DNA from: Escherichia coli
GTDB taxonomy: Bacteria; Pseudomonadota; Gammaproteobacteria; Enterobacterales; Enterobacteriaceae
Assembly (NCBI RefSeq): GCF_013122565.1
Contig: NZ_CP053258.1
Strand: one strand, 5' to 3'
DNA: 64,000 bases
Shown in pieces: positions 9,474 to 24,029 of the stretch. Position 1 is the stretch's first letter, and each line of letters opens with the position of its first letter. The notes below the pieces were generated by a model, which saw only the letters and a list, made by a program, of their open reading frames with translations, had not been told where the DNA came from and searched no databases. The position numbers were made by a program, and so were the translations under genes.

Positions 9474-11312
9474 TTAAAAAATAACAGTATCAAACTTCCC
9501 AGAGTATATAAACTGGTTCAATGCCCGGTAATATGCTTCCCTACTGGCAACAGGAACATTTGCGGCATCAAACATTCGTTCAGTAAGATCTTTCATTTCT
9601 CTGCTACTTACTGTTGTCCAATCCACTTTCCCACCAACTCTTCTTCCGGTTTTCTGCTCTAACCAATCTCTATATACTTTTTTTGTTGCAGCATGATTAG
9701 CCTCGGATAATGCAATTGTTGGTGACTTTGAAGGATATTTCCCTCCATAAGATGGCACATTCTTAGACATCCAAATATCAAGCACACCATGATGGTTTTC
9801 TAAAGAGGAATTAATTGGTCGATAAGGAACAACATCAAACTCTTTAACTTCACCGCACTTAAGTCCAAGGGGATCTATCCACCCCAGCGGATTCGGCGCA
9901 TAAGCATACTGGTTCAGCCCACCCGCCAGCCCTATCGGGTCCTGGCTTACGAACCGCCCGCACTCCGGCGCATAATACCTGAACAGATTATAGTGCAGCC
10001 CCGTCTCTTCATCATAATACTGCCCCGGCAGCCGCAGCGGCTGTTCAAAGTACGCCCCGCTGTTGCTGATATCGCCCCGGTTTTCGCCAAATCCCGCCTG
10101 GTAGCCCGCCCACACCAGCGTCCCGTCCGCCGCGGTCACCTCCTGTACCGTGCCCGTCAGGTCCGTGTGGTAATACCAGATTTTTTGACTCTCTCCGCGC
10201 CCCGTGATGGCGGCCACCGGCGTGTACGGCTGTTCCGCGTCGTACAGGTATGTCCGCTTTCCCTGCCACGTTGTCTCCTGCAACAGCCGGAACCCTTCCC
10301 ACACAAACGTTGTCCGGCTTCGTTCTCCCCGGTCCGTATGGCGGCCATATGTCGCCTTGCTGATGCGCCTGCCCAGCGCATCATACTGATACCGCGTCTC
10401 GCTGTTGCTGCTGATGACCCGCGTTAACTGGCCCTGCGCGTTCCACTCCAGCTGCTGGTCCCTGCGCTCTGTCAGTTCGCCCCATTCGTTATAGCGGTAG
10501 CGGTCACGCCCGTAGCCCGGCAGGCGGTTATCCATCACCGCTCCCTGATATTCATCCGTCAGCAGGTTGCCCGCTTTATCGTAATAATAATGGTCATGGT
10601 CATACATCTGCCCCGTGCGGCTGGTCAGCCAGCCGCTGCGGTCATAGCTGAACACCAGGCAACCGCGCAGTTTGTCATTGATGCCGCCGACTTCACCGTC
10701 TGCGTTCCAGATATAGTCCCGCGCTGTCACGCTGTCGCTGTGTGACGGGGGTGTGGCTGTCTGCTGTGGGTTCTGGCTGCCGCCTGGCAGGCTGCGCTGC
10801 CAGCTTAACCGGTTGTCGGCGTTGTAGCCGCTGAACGTCGCCAGTTTCCCCTGGGTGCGCATCACCTGACGGTGCAGACTGTCACGCTCATATTCACTGA
10901 CCGTGATACCGTCCAGTGCCGTCTGGAGCAGATGTCCGCTGCCGTAGTAAAGATGGCTGAGGTGCTGCCCGTTCGGTAACGTGATGTCGGTGGGATTGCC
11001 CAGCGCGTCACGCTGATATTTTATGCTGCCGTGCACGCTGTGCTCTGCCGTCAGCCACCCGCTGCGGTCATACGCAAAGCGCACCGTGTCCGCCTGCATG
11101 TGGTGCAGCCGTTCCCCTTCTTTCGTCGGGGTGAGCGTCACTTCCGTTATCTGGTCAAGACGGTTGTAGCTGAAGGTCCGTGTACTGTGCTGCGTGTCAC
11201 TGCGCAACAGGCGGCCCAGCGCATCACGCTCCTGTCGCTCATTACGCACCCCGCCTTCTGTACCCTGCGTCTGGATGATGACCGGATACCCGCCCGCATT
11301 CAGCACAAACAT
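9474..11312 (-). CDS. orphan Rhs C-terminal fragment 1: core repeat, DPLGL, unassigned toxin tip
   Basis: About 1.6 kb homologous to main rhs (to ~11476, where an in-frame stop precedes it); first ATG at 11312; tip ~130 aa with no recognizable motif. Confidence 0.7.
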   Translation of the reverse strand: MFVLNAGGYPVIIQTQGTEGGVRNERQERDALGRLLRSDTQHSTRTFSYNRLDQITEVTLTPTKEGERLHHMQADTVRFAYDRSGWLTAEHSVHGSIKYQRDALGNPTDITLPNGQHLSHLYYGSGHLLQTALDGITVSEYERDSLHRQVMRTQGKLATFSGYNADNRLSWQRSLPGGSQNPQQTATPPSHSDSVTARDYIWNADGEVGGINDKLRGCLVFSYDRSGWLTSRTGQMYDHDHYYYDKAGNLLTDEYQGAVMDNRLPGYGRDRYRYNEWGELTERRDQQLEWNAQGQLTRVISSNSETRYQYDALGRRISKATYGRHTDRGERSRTTFVWEGFRLLQETTWQGKRTYLYDAEQPYTPVAAITGRGESQKIWYYHTDLTGTVQEVTAADGTLVWAGYQAGFGENRGDISNSGAYFEQPLRLPGQYYDEETGLHYNLFRYYAPECGRFVSQDPIGLAGGLNQYAYAPNPLGWIDPLGLKCGEVKEFDVVPYRPINSSLENHHGVLDIWMSKNVPSYGGKYPSKSPTIALSEANHAATKKVYRDWLEQKTGRRVGGKVDWTTVSSREMKDLTERMFDAANVPVASREAYYRALNQFIYSGKFDTVIF

Positions 11313-11517
11313 CCGTATCAGACCGTCCGGGCGCTGTTCTCCCGTCAGCCGTCCGTCCGCATCGTGACTGAACCGGTAAAGCGCTCCGTTGCCGTTGCTC
11401 AGACTGGCAATCCATCCCTCCGCGGTATAATGCCAGCGCGTCTCCCGTTTCTCTTCATCCGTGTGGCACGCCAGTTAACATACGTCTACTGACAAAACCA
11501 TTAGTCCAAACAAAATC

Positions 11518-16474
<4,957 letters not shown>

Positions 16475-16497
16475 AGAAAAATTCCTTTTATATTTTT

Positions 16498-18711
16498 TTA
16501 TTCAGAAACGTCCGGGGTAGGTAACGGGGCAATATCATCCGCAGTCATGGCTGTGCCGCCATCCGGATTCATATCAATGCCACTGCCAATGAGTTGCATA
16601 ACATCGCTGGTGTGCAGTAAAAGTTGTTTTCCGCAAAACTCAATCGAGCCATCCTTGTGTAATACAAGCGCTGCATTGCCGCAACGAAGGGTAAATTGAT
16701 CGCCAACATCCAGACGATATGTCGTTCCGACATTGATGGTTTGAGCCAGTTTGACGGAAAGACCATCATTTTTTGTGATGGTGGCATTACGGTCTTCTCC
16801 CACGCTGATGGTTTCATTTTTGACAATGGTTTTTATGCGATCGACCATGACCGTGTGGGTTTCATTGTTTTTTACCGTGGTATTGAGGTCTTTTTCCGCA
16901 TGGAACTTCACCTCTTCTGCCCCCGTTTTATCGTCAAAGCGCAGCATGTTTCCGTTGGTCGGCCCGCCATACAGCGAGTGGCTGAATATCCCGCTCTGCG
17001 AGGCCATACCCGGCAGTCCCCACGGCGGCATGGTGTCCTGGTTATAGGTGCGCCCTACAATGATCGGTAAATCCGGGTCGCCGTTTTTGAAATCCACCAG
17101 CACTTCCTGACCGATGCGCGGGATCTGGATCATGCCGAATCCTTTCCCTGCCCACGGATAGCTGACGCGGATCCAGCAGGAGCTGTTTTCGTCATTATTA
17201 CCGTAACGATCCCAGCCAAACTGCACCTTCACCCGTCCATATTTGTCCGTCCAGATTTCCTGCCCCGCCGGGCCGGTGACGATGGCGCTCTGCGGGCCTT
17301 TGGTGTGGGGTTTGCTCAGGGTTCGCTGTGGGCGGTAAACTTCGCTGGTTGGGTGCAGTTCAAACGTGGTGACATAGGTAAAATGCTGATCCTGGCCGCT
17401 GTGCTGCGCATTGTCCCGTAAAAACAGCGTGGTCTGTACCAGCAGGTATTCCTGATTAATTTCTGCCGTCGGGTGATTCATCAATGTAAAGGTGTACCCG
17501 GTCATGAGGGTACGGATATGACCGGCCCCATGTGCCCGGCTGCCTGGGCTACGCTGCGCTTCCATACGAATACGCGTCAACATCTCGCCTTCGCCCGTAG
17601 TGAAGTAATCACCAGGCCATTCGTAATGCTCGTATTCAGCATGACCGGTATCACGCGGACTGGCCACGGTACTTTTAAGCAGCGAACGAGGCTTCATAAA
17701 ATCAAAATCGTCCATCACCCACTTTCCAGTACGCAGCCTCTCACTGGCCGTAATGGTGTGAATAAATTCCTTATCCAGTTTCAGCCCTTCCTGGTGCCAC
17801 TCCACCAGTGGCGAGTCAGGGCACGCTTTATGACCATTGATGGCATCCGCCAGCACCAGCGTGTGGCTGTTCTCGCTGTGCTCAAACCACCAGTAAATTC
17901 CCCACTCCTGCATCAGGCGCTGGATGAAATCAAAATCCGTTTCACCGTACTGTACCTGCCAGGCACGAGGTGGATAATTTTCCACCAGCCGTTTTTCCAC
18001 CGGAAAGGAATATTCATCCAGTACTTCATCGAGAATATCCACCACGGTTTTATTCTGGAACGCTTTGTAGTCGCTGGTGTGGGTCAGCAGTTTCAGCCAC
18101 GGTTCAATGCGTAATTCATACGTTACCGAGCGGCCCTCATGGCCCACCACCCGCGCCGCTGTCACCAGCCCGCTGATATGCCGTTTGCCGCCGCCGTCCA
18201 GTTCGATATTGACGCACAGATCTTTGCCCACCATGGGCTGAAGCGGCAGGTTAGCAGCGGGGGAAACGTACCCCAGGTTCAGGGCGTCCGGCGTTTTAAG
18301 CTGTACTGTGTAGGAAAACAGATTCCCAAGCCCTTCCGAACCATTCATGCCTGCAAACAAAAGCATCTGCGGCGGCACCGCACTACCACTTACTGTGACG
18401 TTATGCGCCCCCGGACCACCTGCAGCAAGCGACGCCGCCGCATCCTGAACTGCACCAGCCATATCCGATATCCCTGCTGCGGCGGCTGCGGCTTGCGCAG
18501 CAGCTACTGCGGCTTTAACCAGACCTGACGGTTCCGGCAACGCACCAAACAGGTCCGCCGCTGCCTGTTCTACCATCTGCTCGGCTGCATCAGCTACATC
18601 GGTTGCGGCTGAACCAGGGCTTATACCACCACTTTCGCCAGCTATTGGTGGTGTGGTGATGACGGGTCCACCGTTTCCAACTGGTTTATTACCCGTAGAT
18701 ACAAAACTCAT
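16498..18711 (-). CDS. vgrG: VgrG spike protein (TssI) with ~95 aa Ala/Gly/Pro-rich N-terminal extension
   Basis: gp27/gp5-like motifs ([39 protein letters not shown]); AAGGAG RBS 7 nt before ATG at 18711. Confidence 0.9.
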   Translation of the reverse strand: MSFVSTGNKPVGNGGPVITTPPIAGESGGISPGSAATDVADAAEQMVEQAAADLFGALPEPSGLVKAAVAAAQAAAAAAGISDMAGAVQDAAASLAAGGPGAHNVTVSGSAVPPQMLLFAGMNGSEGLGNLFSYTVQLKTPDALNLGYVSPAANLPLQPMVGKDLCVNIELDGGGKRHISGLVTAARVVGHEGRSVTYELRIEPWLKLLTHTSDYKAFQNKTVVDILDEVLDEYSFPVEKRLVENYPPRAWQVQYGETDFDFIQRLMQEWGIYWWFEHSENSHTLVLADAINGHKACPDSPLVEWHQEGLKLDKEFIHTITASERLRTGKWVMDDFDFMKPRSLLKSTVASPRDTGHAEYEHYEWPGDYFTTGEGEMLTRIRMEAQRSPGSRAHGAGHIRTLMTGYTFTLMNHPTAEINQEYLLVQTTLFLRDNAQHSGQDQHFTYVTTFELHPTSEVYRPQRTLSKPHTKGPQSAIVTGPAGQEIWTDKYGRVKVQFGWDRYGNNDENSSCWIRVSYPWAGKGFGMIQIPRIGQEVLVDFKNGDPDLPIIVGRTYNQDTMPPWGLPGMASQSGIFSHSLYGGPTNGNMLRFDDKTGAEEVKFHAEKDLNTTVKNNETHTVMVDRIKTIVKNETISVGEDRNATITKNDGLSVKLAQTINVGTTYRLDVGDQFTLRCGNAALVLHKDGSIEFCGKQLLLHTSDVMQLIGSGIDMNPDGGTAMTADDIAPLPTPDVSE

Positions 18712-18735
18712 GATATTTGCTCCTTTAATACCGGA

Positions 18736-19122
18736 TTAAAATCTAGCCCCTGGTGGCCAAAAAATATAAGTAATAACTCTCCATTGCCCGTCTTTATAAT
18801 GAAACCAACATGTCAGATTCAAATCCCCCTGCAAATTCCAGAACATTTCCTTAATAGGAACATCTTGAAATTCAGGATCTGTTATGCGATAAGTTTGATT
18901 CAAGCCGATATAATACTCACCAACAAATTTATATCGTGGCCTCACGAACTCATGAGCAGGCGGCCCATATTTTTTCATAAAAAAGATGTCATTACTTCCA
19001 TCATGTATATCATTTTCTTCATAATATTTGGTGGATTGAGCAACTGCAGAAGGCTTGAAAACATTCACTGTAGTTATGTAAGTTATTGAAAGAAAAATCA
19101 CTATAATGCAGAAAAATTTCAT
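18736..19122 (-). CDS. putative secreted immunity protein for HExxH effector 1
   Basis: 128 aa with N-terminal signal peptide; paralog of 20819..21181; overlaps effector stop. Confidence 0.5.
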   Translation of the reverse strand: MKFFCIIVIFLSITYITTVNVFKPSAVAQSTKYYEENDIHDGSNDIFFMKKYGPPAHEFVRPRYKFVGEYYIGLNQTYRITDPEFQDVPIKEMFWNLQGDLNLTCWFHYKDGQWRVITYIFWPPGARF

Positions 19123-19820
19123 TTGGTTACATTCAATAAAGTAAATTTAGTTTCAGGCATTATGACATTCAACGTTATAGTTGCGTTTTTAAGGTATCGT
19201 TCCCGAAGCTCCATTCCCACATTCATCAACCCACTAATATCTCCAACATACGGAGACGAAGAATCATAATCATCATCTAAGTAACCAAGTACATGTCCGG
19301 CTTCATGAGGTATATTTACTTGCAACGTATTGTTACAGTTAATACATTTCGCTACTTTTTCCAGGTCCGCTGAATCAACATGAACCGTACTGTTTTTAAA
19401 ATCAACATATGTTCTTAAATCAGCACCAGGCAAAACCTTTGTTGCAATAACCAACCAGTCTTCATTCTGAGATGCAGAAATTATTCTTACATCAAAAGGC
19501 AAAGCTTTACCCTGAAATTTTTTAGCGAACTCAGATTCACCGGAAACAGAATAAGTTATTTTCCCATTCCATGCCTGCTGAACAGATAAATATATCGCTC
19601 GCATAAAAATAGCTTTTTCCCATATAGTCCAGTCATCTGTAACGGTATTATCCTTATACCACTCATACTTCCATCTTATCACAGCCGTAATCGAACCAGT
19701 ATTTTGATTTAATAAATACGTCCTCCTACCATCCTTATGTATAATGATATCGCCATCAATATTTGTTTTTTCATAGTATTCGGCCAGCAAACTATTCTCA
19801 TCATATTTAAGCTTGGTCAT
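19119..19820 (-). CDS. putative T6SS effector 1, HExxH zinc-metallopeptidase-like
   Basis: 233 aa, no signal peptide; HEAGHVLGYLDDDY motif; paralog of 21178..21984 (shared ALMNVGMELRERYL). Confidence 0.55.
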   Translation of the reverse strand: MTKLKYDENSLLAEYYEKTNIDGDIIIHKDGRRTYLLNQNTGSITAVIRWKYEWYKDNTVTDDWTIWEKAIFMRAIYLSVQQAWNGKITYSVSGESEFAKKFQGKALPFDVRIISASQNEDWLVIATKVLPGADLRTYVDFKNSTVHVDSADLEKVAKCINCNNTLQVNIPHEAGHVLGYLDDDYDSSSPYVGDISGLMNVGMELRERYLKNATITLNVIMPETKFTLLNVTK

Positions 19821-19879
19821 TTTACTCTCATTAAATAATAATTATTTGTATCGAAAATATTATTTTATATATTACGAGT

Positions 19880-19905
19880 ATTGCCCCTTCAGCCGCAGCG
19901 CATCC
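19880..19905. repeat. short remnant of the tagF 3' coding end
   Basis: cagccgcagcgcatccacataccg matches tagF 3' end at ~23275..23300. Confidence 0.5.
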
Positions 19906-20032
19906 ACATACCGTCCTTCACTGCAGGGCAAGATTACGAAAGCCCGCCCCCCGCAAGGACTGACGCGAGGTAGTTTCTGTCCATGGCTGCTTTTCTCATC
20001 TTACGTCTTAACCCTGCCTTGGTTTCGCCGTA

Positions 20033-20794
20033 CTACACCTGCCAGGCGCGGGGGGGATAATTTTCCACCAGCCGTTTTTCCACCGGAAAGGAATATTCAT
20101 CCAGTACTTCATCGAGAATATCCACCACGGTTTTATTCTGGAATGCTTTGTAGTCGCTGGTATGGGTCAGCAGCTTCAGCCATGGCTCAATGCGTAATTC
20201 ATACGTTACCGAACGGCCCTCATGGCCGACCACCCTCGCCGCCGTCACCAGCCCGCTGATATACCGTTTTCCGCCACCGTCCAGTTCAATGTTGACGCAC
20301 AGGTCTTTGCCCACCATGGGCTGAAGCGGCAGGTTAGCAGCGGGGGAAACGTACCCCAGGTTCAGGGCGTCCGGCGTTTTAAGCTGTACTGTGTAGGAAA
20401 ACAGATTCCCAAGCCCTTCCGAACCATTCATGCCTGCAAACAAAAGCAGCTGCGGCGGCACCGCACTACCACTTACTGTGACGTTATGCGCCCCCGGTCC
20501 ACCGGCAGCAATCGACGCCGCCGCATCCTGAACTGCACCAGCCATATCCGATATCCCTGCTGCGGCGGCTGCGGCTTGCGCAGCAGCTACTGCGGCTTTA
20601 ACCAGACCTGACGGTTCCGGCAACGCACCAAACAGGTCCGCCGCTGCCTGTTCTACCATCTGCTCGGCTGCATCAGCGACATCGGTTGCGGCTGAACCAG
20701 GGCTTATACCACCACTTTCGCCAGCTATTGGTGGTGTGGTGATGACGGGTCCACCGTTTCCAACTGGTTTATTACCCGTAGATACAAAACTCAT
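20033..20794 (-). pseudogene. truncated vgrG 5' duplicate (first ~253 codons with identical RBS and start)
   Basis: Near-identical to 17950..18711 including the Ala-rich extension; homology ends ~20025. Confidence 0.7.
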
Positions 20795-20818
20795 GATATT
20801 TGCTCCTTTAATACCGGA

Positions 20819-21181
20819 TTAAAATTTGGATCCTGGCGGCCAATAAACTCGGGATATAACTATCCATTTACCATTTTTATAATGAAGCCAACATGTTAAA
20901 TTTAGATCTTTATTAACATTCCAAAACATCTCCTTAATAGGAACATCTTTAAATTCAGGATTATTTGAAGGGTAAGTCCGTTCTATGCCACCATAATAAA
21001 TACCTACAAAATCATGCCTTGGGTTTATAAAATAATGTTCAGGAGAACCATATTTTCTCACTAGTGAATCTTCATCATCCCCCCACTGAACATCTTTGTT
21101 ATGCATCTCACTGGCAAAAATATCTAGAGTTACAAGCAATATCAATAACGTAAAAAATAGAGCGATTTTCTTCTGGATCAT
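20819..21181 (-). CDS. putative secreted immunity protein for HExxH effector 2
   Basis: 120 aa with signal peptide; C-terminal region paralogous to 18736..19122. Confidence 0.5.
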   Translation of the reverse strand: MIQKKIALFFTLLILLVTLDIFASEMHNKDVQWGDDEDSLVRKYGSPEHYFINPRHDFVGIYYGGIERTYPSNNPEFKDVPIKEMFWNVNKDLNLTCWLHYKNGKWIVISRVYWPPGSKF

Positions 21182-21984
21182 TTTATTACACTCGCAACAG
21201 AAAACGTAGTTAAGGGATATACTAAATTCAAGTCAATACAGACACCTTCCAGGTAGCGTTCCCGAAGTTCCATCCCAACATTCATTAACGCGGCAGTATC
21301 TATTTTATATTTAGACACAGGCTTACCAAACTTATCAAGTTCATATTCATCCTCCAGATAACGAATCATATGTCCAATTTCATGAACTATATTTACCTGA
21401 TAAAAACCACATATTGACTGATTCTCTGGAGCACATTTTTCTGATAACGAAGTATCTTTAAAATAAAAATGAGCAAACCGATTTTTCCAGTTAACATAAG
21501 GCCTGCCATCATCATTACCAGGAACGGTTCTTAATACGTCTACATTCCAGTGTTCTTTTTGATGGACCGGAATCATATTTATGCTGAAAGGCAATCTTTT
21601 ACTCTTGAATTTCTCAGCAAAATCAGAGTCCCCTGAGACAGATAAAAATATCTTATCATTCCATCCATAACAGATTGCAGAAAATGATTCATATATAAAA
21701 CTAACTTCATCCAGGTATGTCCAGTTATCTCCTACATTGTTCTGATTCACCCAGTTAAATTTCCATCTCATTAATAATGCAATGTCGCCTGTATCACTAT
21801 TCAGGATATATTCGCCATGTTCTGTATTCATCCTGAGACACTTCCCATCTTCTACGGTGTCAGGGCAAAACTTATGCATGAGTTTAATAAAGAATTCATG
21901 CGATAGATTTATTTTACTCTCTCCAACAACACCATCTACATGTGTTGTGAGCGAACCAGATTTATTCCCTGAAGAAGAACTCAT
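21178..21984 (-). CDS. putative T6SS effector 2, HExxH zinc-metallopeptidase-like
   Basis: 268 aa; HEIGHMIRYLEDEY motif; paralog of 19119..19820. Confidence 0.55.
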   Translation of the reverse strand: MSSSSGNKSGSLTTHVDGVVGESKINLSHEFFIKLMHKFCPDTVEDGKCLRMNTEHGEYILNSDTGDIALLMRWKFNWVNQNNVGDNWTYLDEVSFIYESFSAICYGWNDKIFLSVSGDSDFAEKFKSKRLPFSINMIPVHQKEHWNVDVLRTVPGNDDGRPYVNWKNRFAHFYFKDTSLSEKCAPENQSICGFYQVNIVHEIGHMIRYLEDEYELDKFGKPVSKYKIDTAALMNVGMELRERYLEGVCIDLNLVYPLTTFSVASVIK

Positions 21985-22180
21985 GCTATTGACTCCTTTA
22001 ATACTGGGGTAGAGATTTAGCCCACGACAGTCGTATTCCTGTTTTTTACATCCAATAAAATAGAATATTAATAAATTAGGATAATATTTTTACTTTACTC
22101 ACTCTACTTTCAATCTGAGTTCTCCGTACAATCGGGTTCTGACATTGAACCTTCCGACTGAAATACACCACTCCCCCCTC

Positions 22181-22294
22181 TATCCAGTCGCAACGCATCC
22201 ACATACCGCCCCCTTGCTGTTCTGCTGCCAGAACCATCCATGCCCCTGCTGCGCCTGCGTTAACATTTTTGCTAGCCAGCACGGTCACGGCAGG
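22181..22294. repeat. ~115 bp duplicate of the tagF 3' coding end
   Basis: Near-identical to 23271..23385; lies between the Tge/Tgi pair and HExxH effector 2. Confidence 0.6.
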
Positions 22295-22311
22295 CAATTC
22301 CATGACATGTA

Positions 22312-22773
22312 CTACTCATCCGTACAACCCAGCCCCCGGCGCTGAACCACTTCACTGGCAAACGTTGCTCCGGTTTTTTTCATTATTCCCTGCTGGATTT
22401 TTTGTAACTCCGGGTATACAACCCGCTCACATTCATTTATTTCCCATATGTCACCCGTCTTAGGACTAACCGAAAACAACCCTAAATAGTCTGTTGCTCC
22501 AGCAGTCGGCGTATCATAGCCAAGACTAAAATCATAATATCCGGGATGAGGCGCATTGCCCTGACCATCCTGTAAATCTCCATCAATAAAAATCCCTTCC
22601 AGCGATAAATTATACTTTTGGTGCCTGAGTACAATAATAAGCAGTTTTTCCGCCTGTGCTTTCGTCATCCCTTCGCGGTTTATATCTGATAAATTAAATT
22701 CAGACGTATTCCCCTGAACGTAGCAAACCGCAGAGGCAAGAAGAAAAAAAACAAATATTATTTTACGGGGCAC
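22312..22773 (-). CDS. putative secreted immunity protein (Tgi-like)
   Basis: 153 aa with signal peptide; immediately downstream of and overlapping the glucosaminidase-like gene. Confidence 0.5.
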   Translation of the reverse strand: MPRKIIFVFFLLASAVCYVQGNTSEFNLSDINREGMTKAQAEKLLIIVLRHQKYNLSLEGIFIDGDLQDGQGNAPHPGYYDFSLGYDTPTAGATDYLGLFSVSPKTGDIWEINECERVVYPELQKIQQGIMKKTGATFASEVVQRRGLGCTDE

Positions 22774-23228
22774 GCCATTCTCCTTCCGACCATAATAATA
22801 ATGTCAGCAGTTTTTTTGGCATAATTATCTGTTCCGCCTGTGCTACTATCTCCAGAATTAAATCCGGCCTTTACCAGAGCATCACAGAAAGCCAAAGCAT
22901 CCTTTATGTCTCTGGCTGCATTACCATATTTTATTGCAAAAGATCGTGCACAGATTGAAAAAGACGGAAAAGTAGCCACCCGGGTTTTCTTGTTACCGTG
23001 CGGACGGATTTCGCCTGACTGAAATGATGCAGGGGCATGCAGGGAGAAATAGTTGTTATATTCCCTGGCAATACGGCCTGTACCATACTGGCTCTCCGCC
23101 GCGGCAAGCCCCAGAATATTTTCCACAGGAACATTAAGTTGTTTAGCGATTAATTCACATTCTTTCAGATGCTGCTGAACAAACCTTACTGCATTAACAT
23201 CATTACAGGCTTTGTCATAAGACCCCAT
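22758..23228 (-). CDS. putative peptidoglycan glycoside-hydrolase effector (FlgJ/GH73 glucosaminidase-like, Tge-like)
   Basis: 156 aa, no signal peptide; ILGLAAAESQYG and NNYFSL resemble the FlgJ glucosaminidase motifs. Confidence 0.55.
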   Translation of the reverse strand: MGSYDKACNDVNAVRFVQQHLKECELIAKQLNVPVENILGLAAAESQYGTGRIAREYNNYFSLHAPASFQSGEIRPHGNKKTRVATFPSFSICARSFAIKYGNAARDIKDALAFCDALVKAGFNSGDSSTGGTDNYAKKTADIIIMVGRRMACPVK

Positions 23229-23255
23229 GATCCACTACTCCTTATCTGATTATTT

Positions 23256-24029
23256 TTAATGCTGCCGGATATCCAGCCGCAACGCATCCACATACCGCCC
23301 CTCGCTGTTCTGCTGCCAGAACCAGCCCTGCCCCTGCTGCGCCTGCGTCAGCATTTTGTCCGGCCAGCCCGGCCACGGCAGGTGGCGCACACCGGGCAGT
23401 TCCACTACCGGCACGTCCGGCAGGCCGGTGAGTTCCCGGCTACGCTGCGGTACACGTCGTAAGCCGCGTAGCCACTGCGCCCAGCGCGGCCCCGGTCGCC
23501 ACATCGCCCAGAGCTGGTCTGTCTGCTCCGCCAGTCGACCGCAGCGTTCTGTCTGTGGTGAGACATGAGCTGCCGTCAACTGCGCCAGCCAGTACAGCCA
23601 GCCCTTTGTGTCATCCAGGCTCTCTTCCAGCCATTCCCGCCCGGCACGCTGGTAAATCACCAGTGGCCACGACCTGCCCGTACTGTCACGTGAGGCGGTC
23701 AGCACCCCGGTCAGCCACTCATCGCGCCCGCCAATGGGGAGAAATCCCGGCGATAATACAAAGCTCCACGGTAGCGGATGGTGTTCCGGCACCTCCGTTT
23801 TCTCGCGCGGTGACAGGTGCATCCAACCGTCATTTACTCCGGTTTTCGCAGCATCCGTTCCTTCCGGCAGAACAATATGCCGCCCCTGTCCCAGCCACGT
23901 CTGCTGGTTCAGCCACGCCTGCCACACCTGCCCATCGTTCGCGCTCACCCGCCAGCGCACGTAGTCCCGCTGATCCGGCAGTCTGCCGAACATCGCCGGA
24001 ACCGATACCACCGCAGCCCGGCGCATCAC
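23256..24029 (-). CDS. tagF: type VI secretion-associated protein TagF (DUF2094)
   Basis: 257 aa; FGRLPDQRDYV N-terminal motif; overlaps tssM stop. Confidence 0.75.
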   Translation of the reverse strand: MMRRAAVVSVPAMFGRLPDQRDYVRWRVSANDGQVWQAWLNQQTWLGQGRHIVLPEGTDAAKTGVNDGWMHLSPREKTEVPEHHPLPWSFVLSPGFLPIGGRDEWLTGVLTASRDSTGRSWPLVIYQRAGREWLEESLDDTKGWLYWLAQLTAAHVSPQTERCGRLAEQTDQLWAMWRPGPRWAQWLRGLRRVPQRSRELTGLPDVPVVELPGVRHLPWPGWPDKMLTQAQQGQGWFWQQNSEGRYVDALRLDIRQH

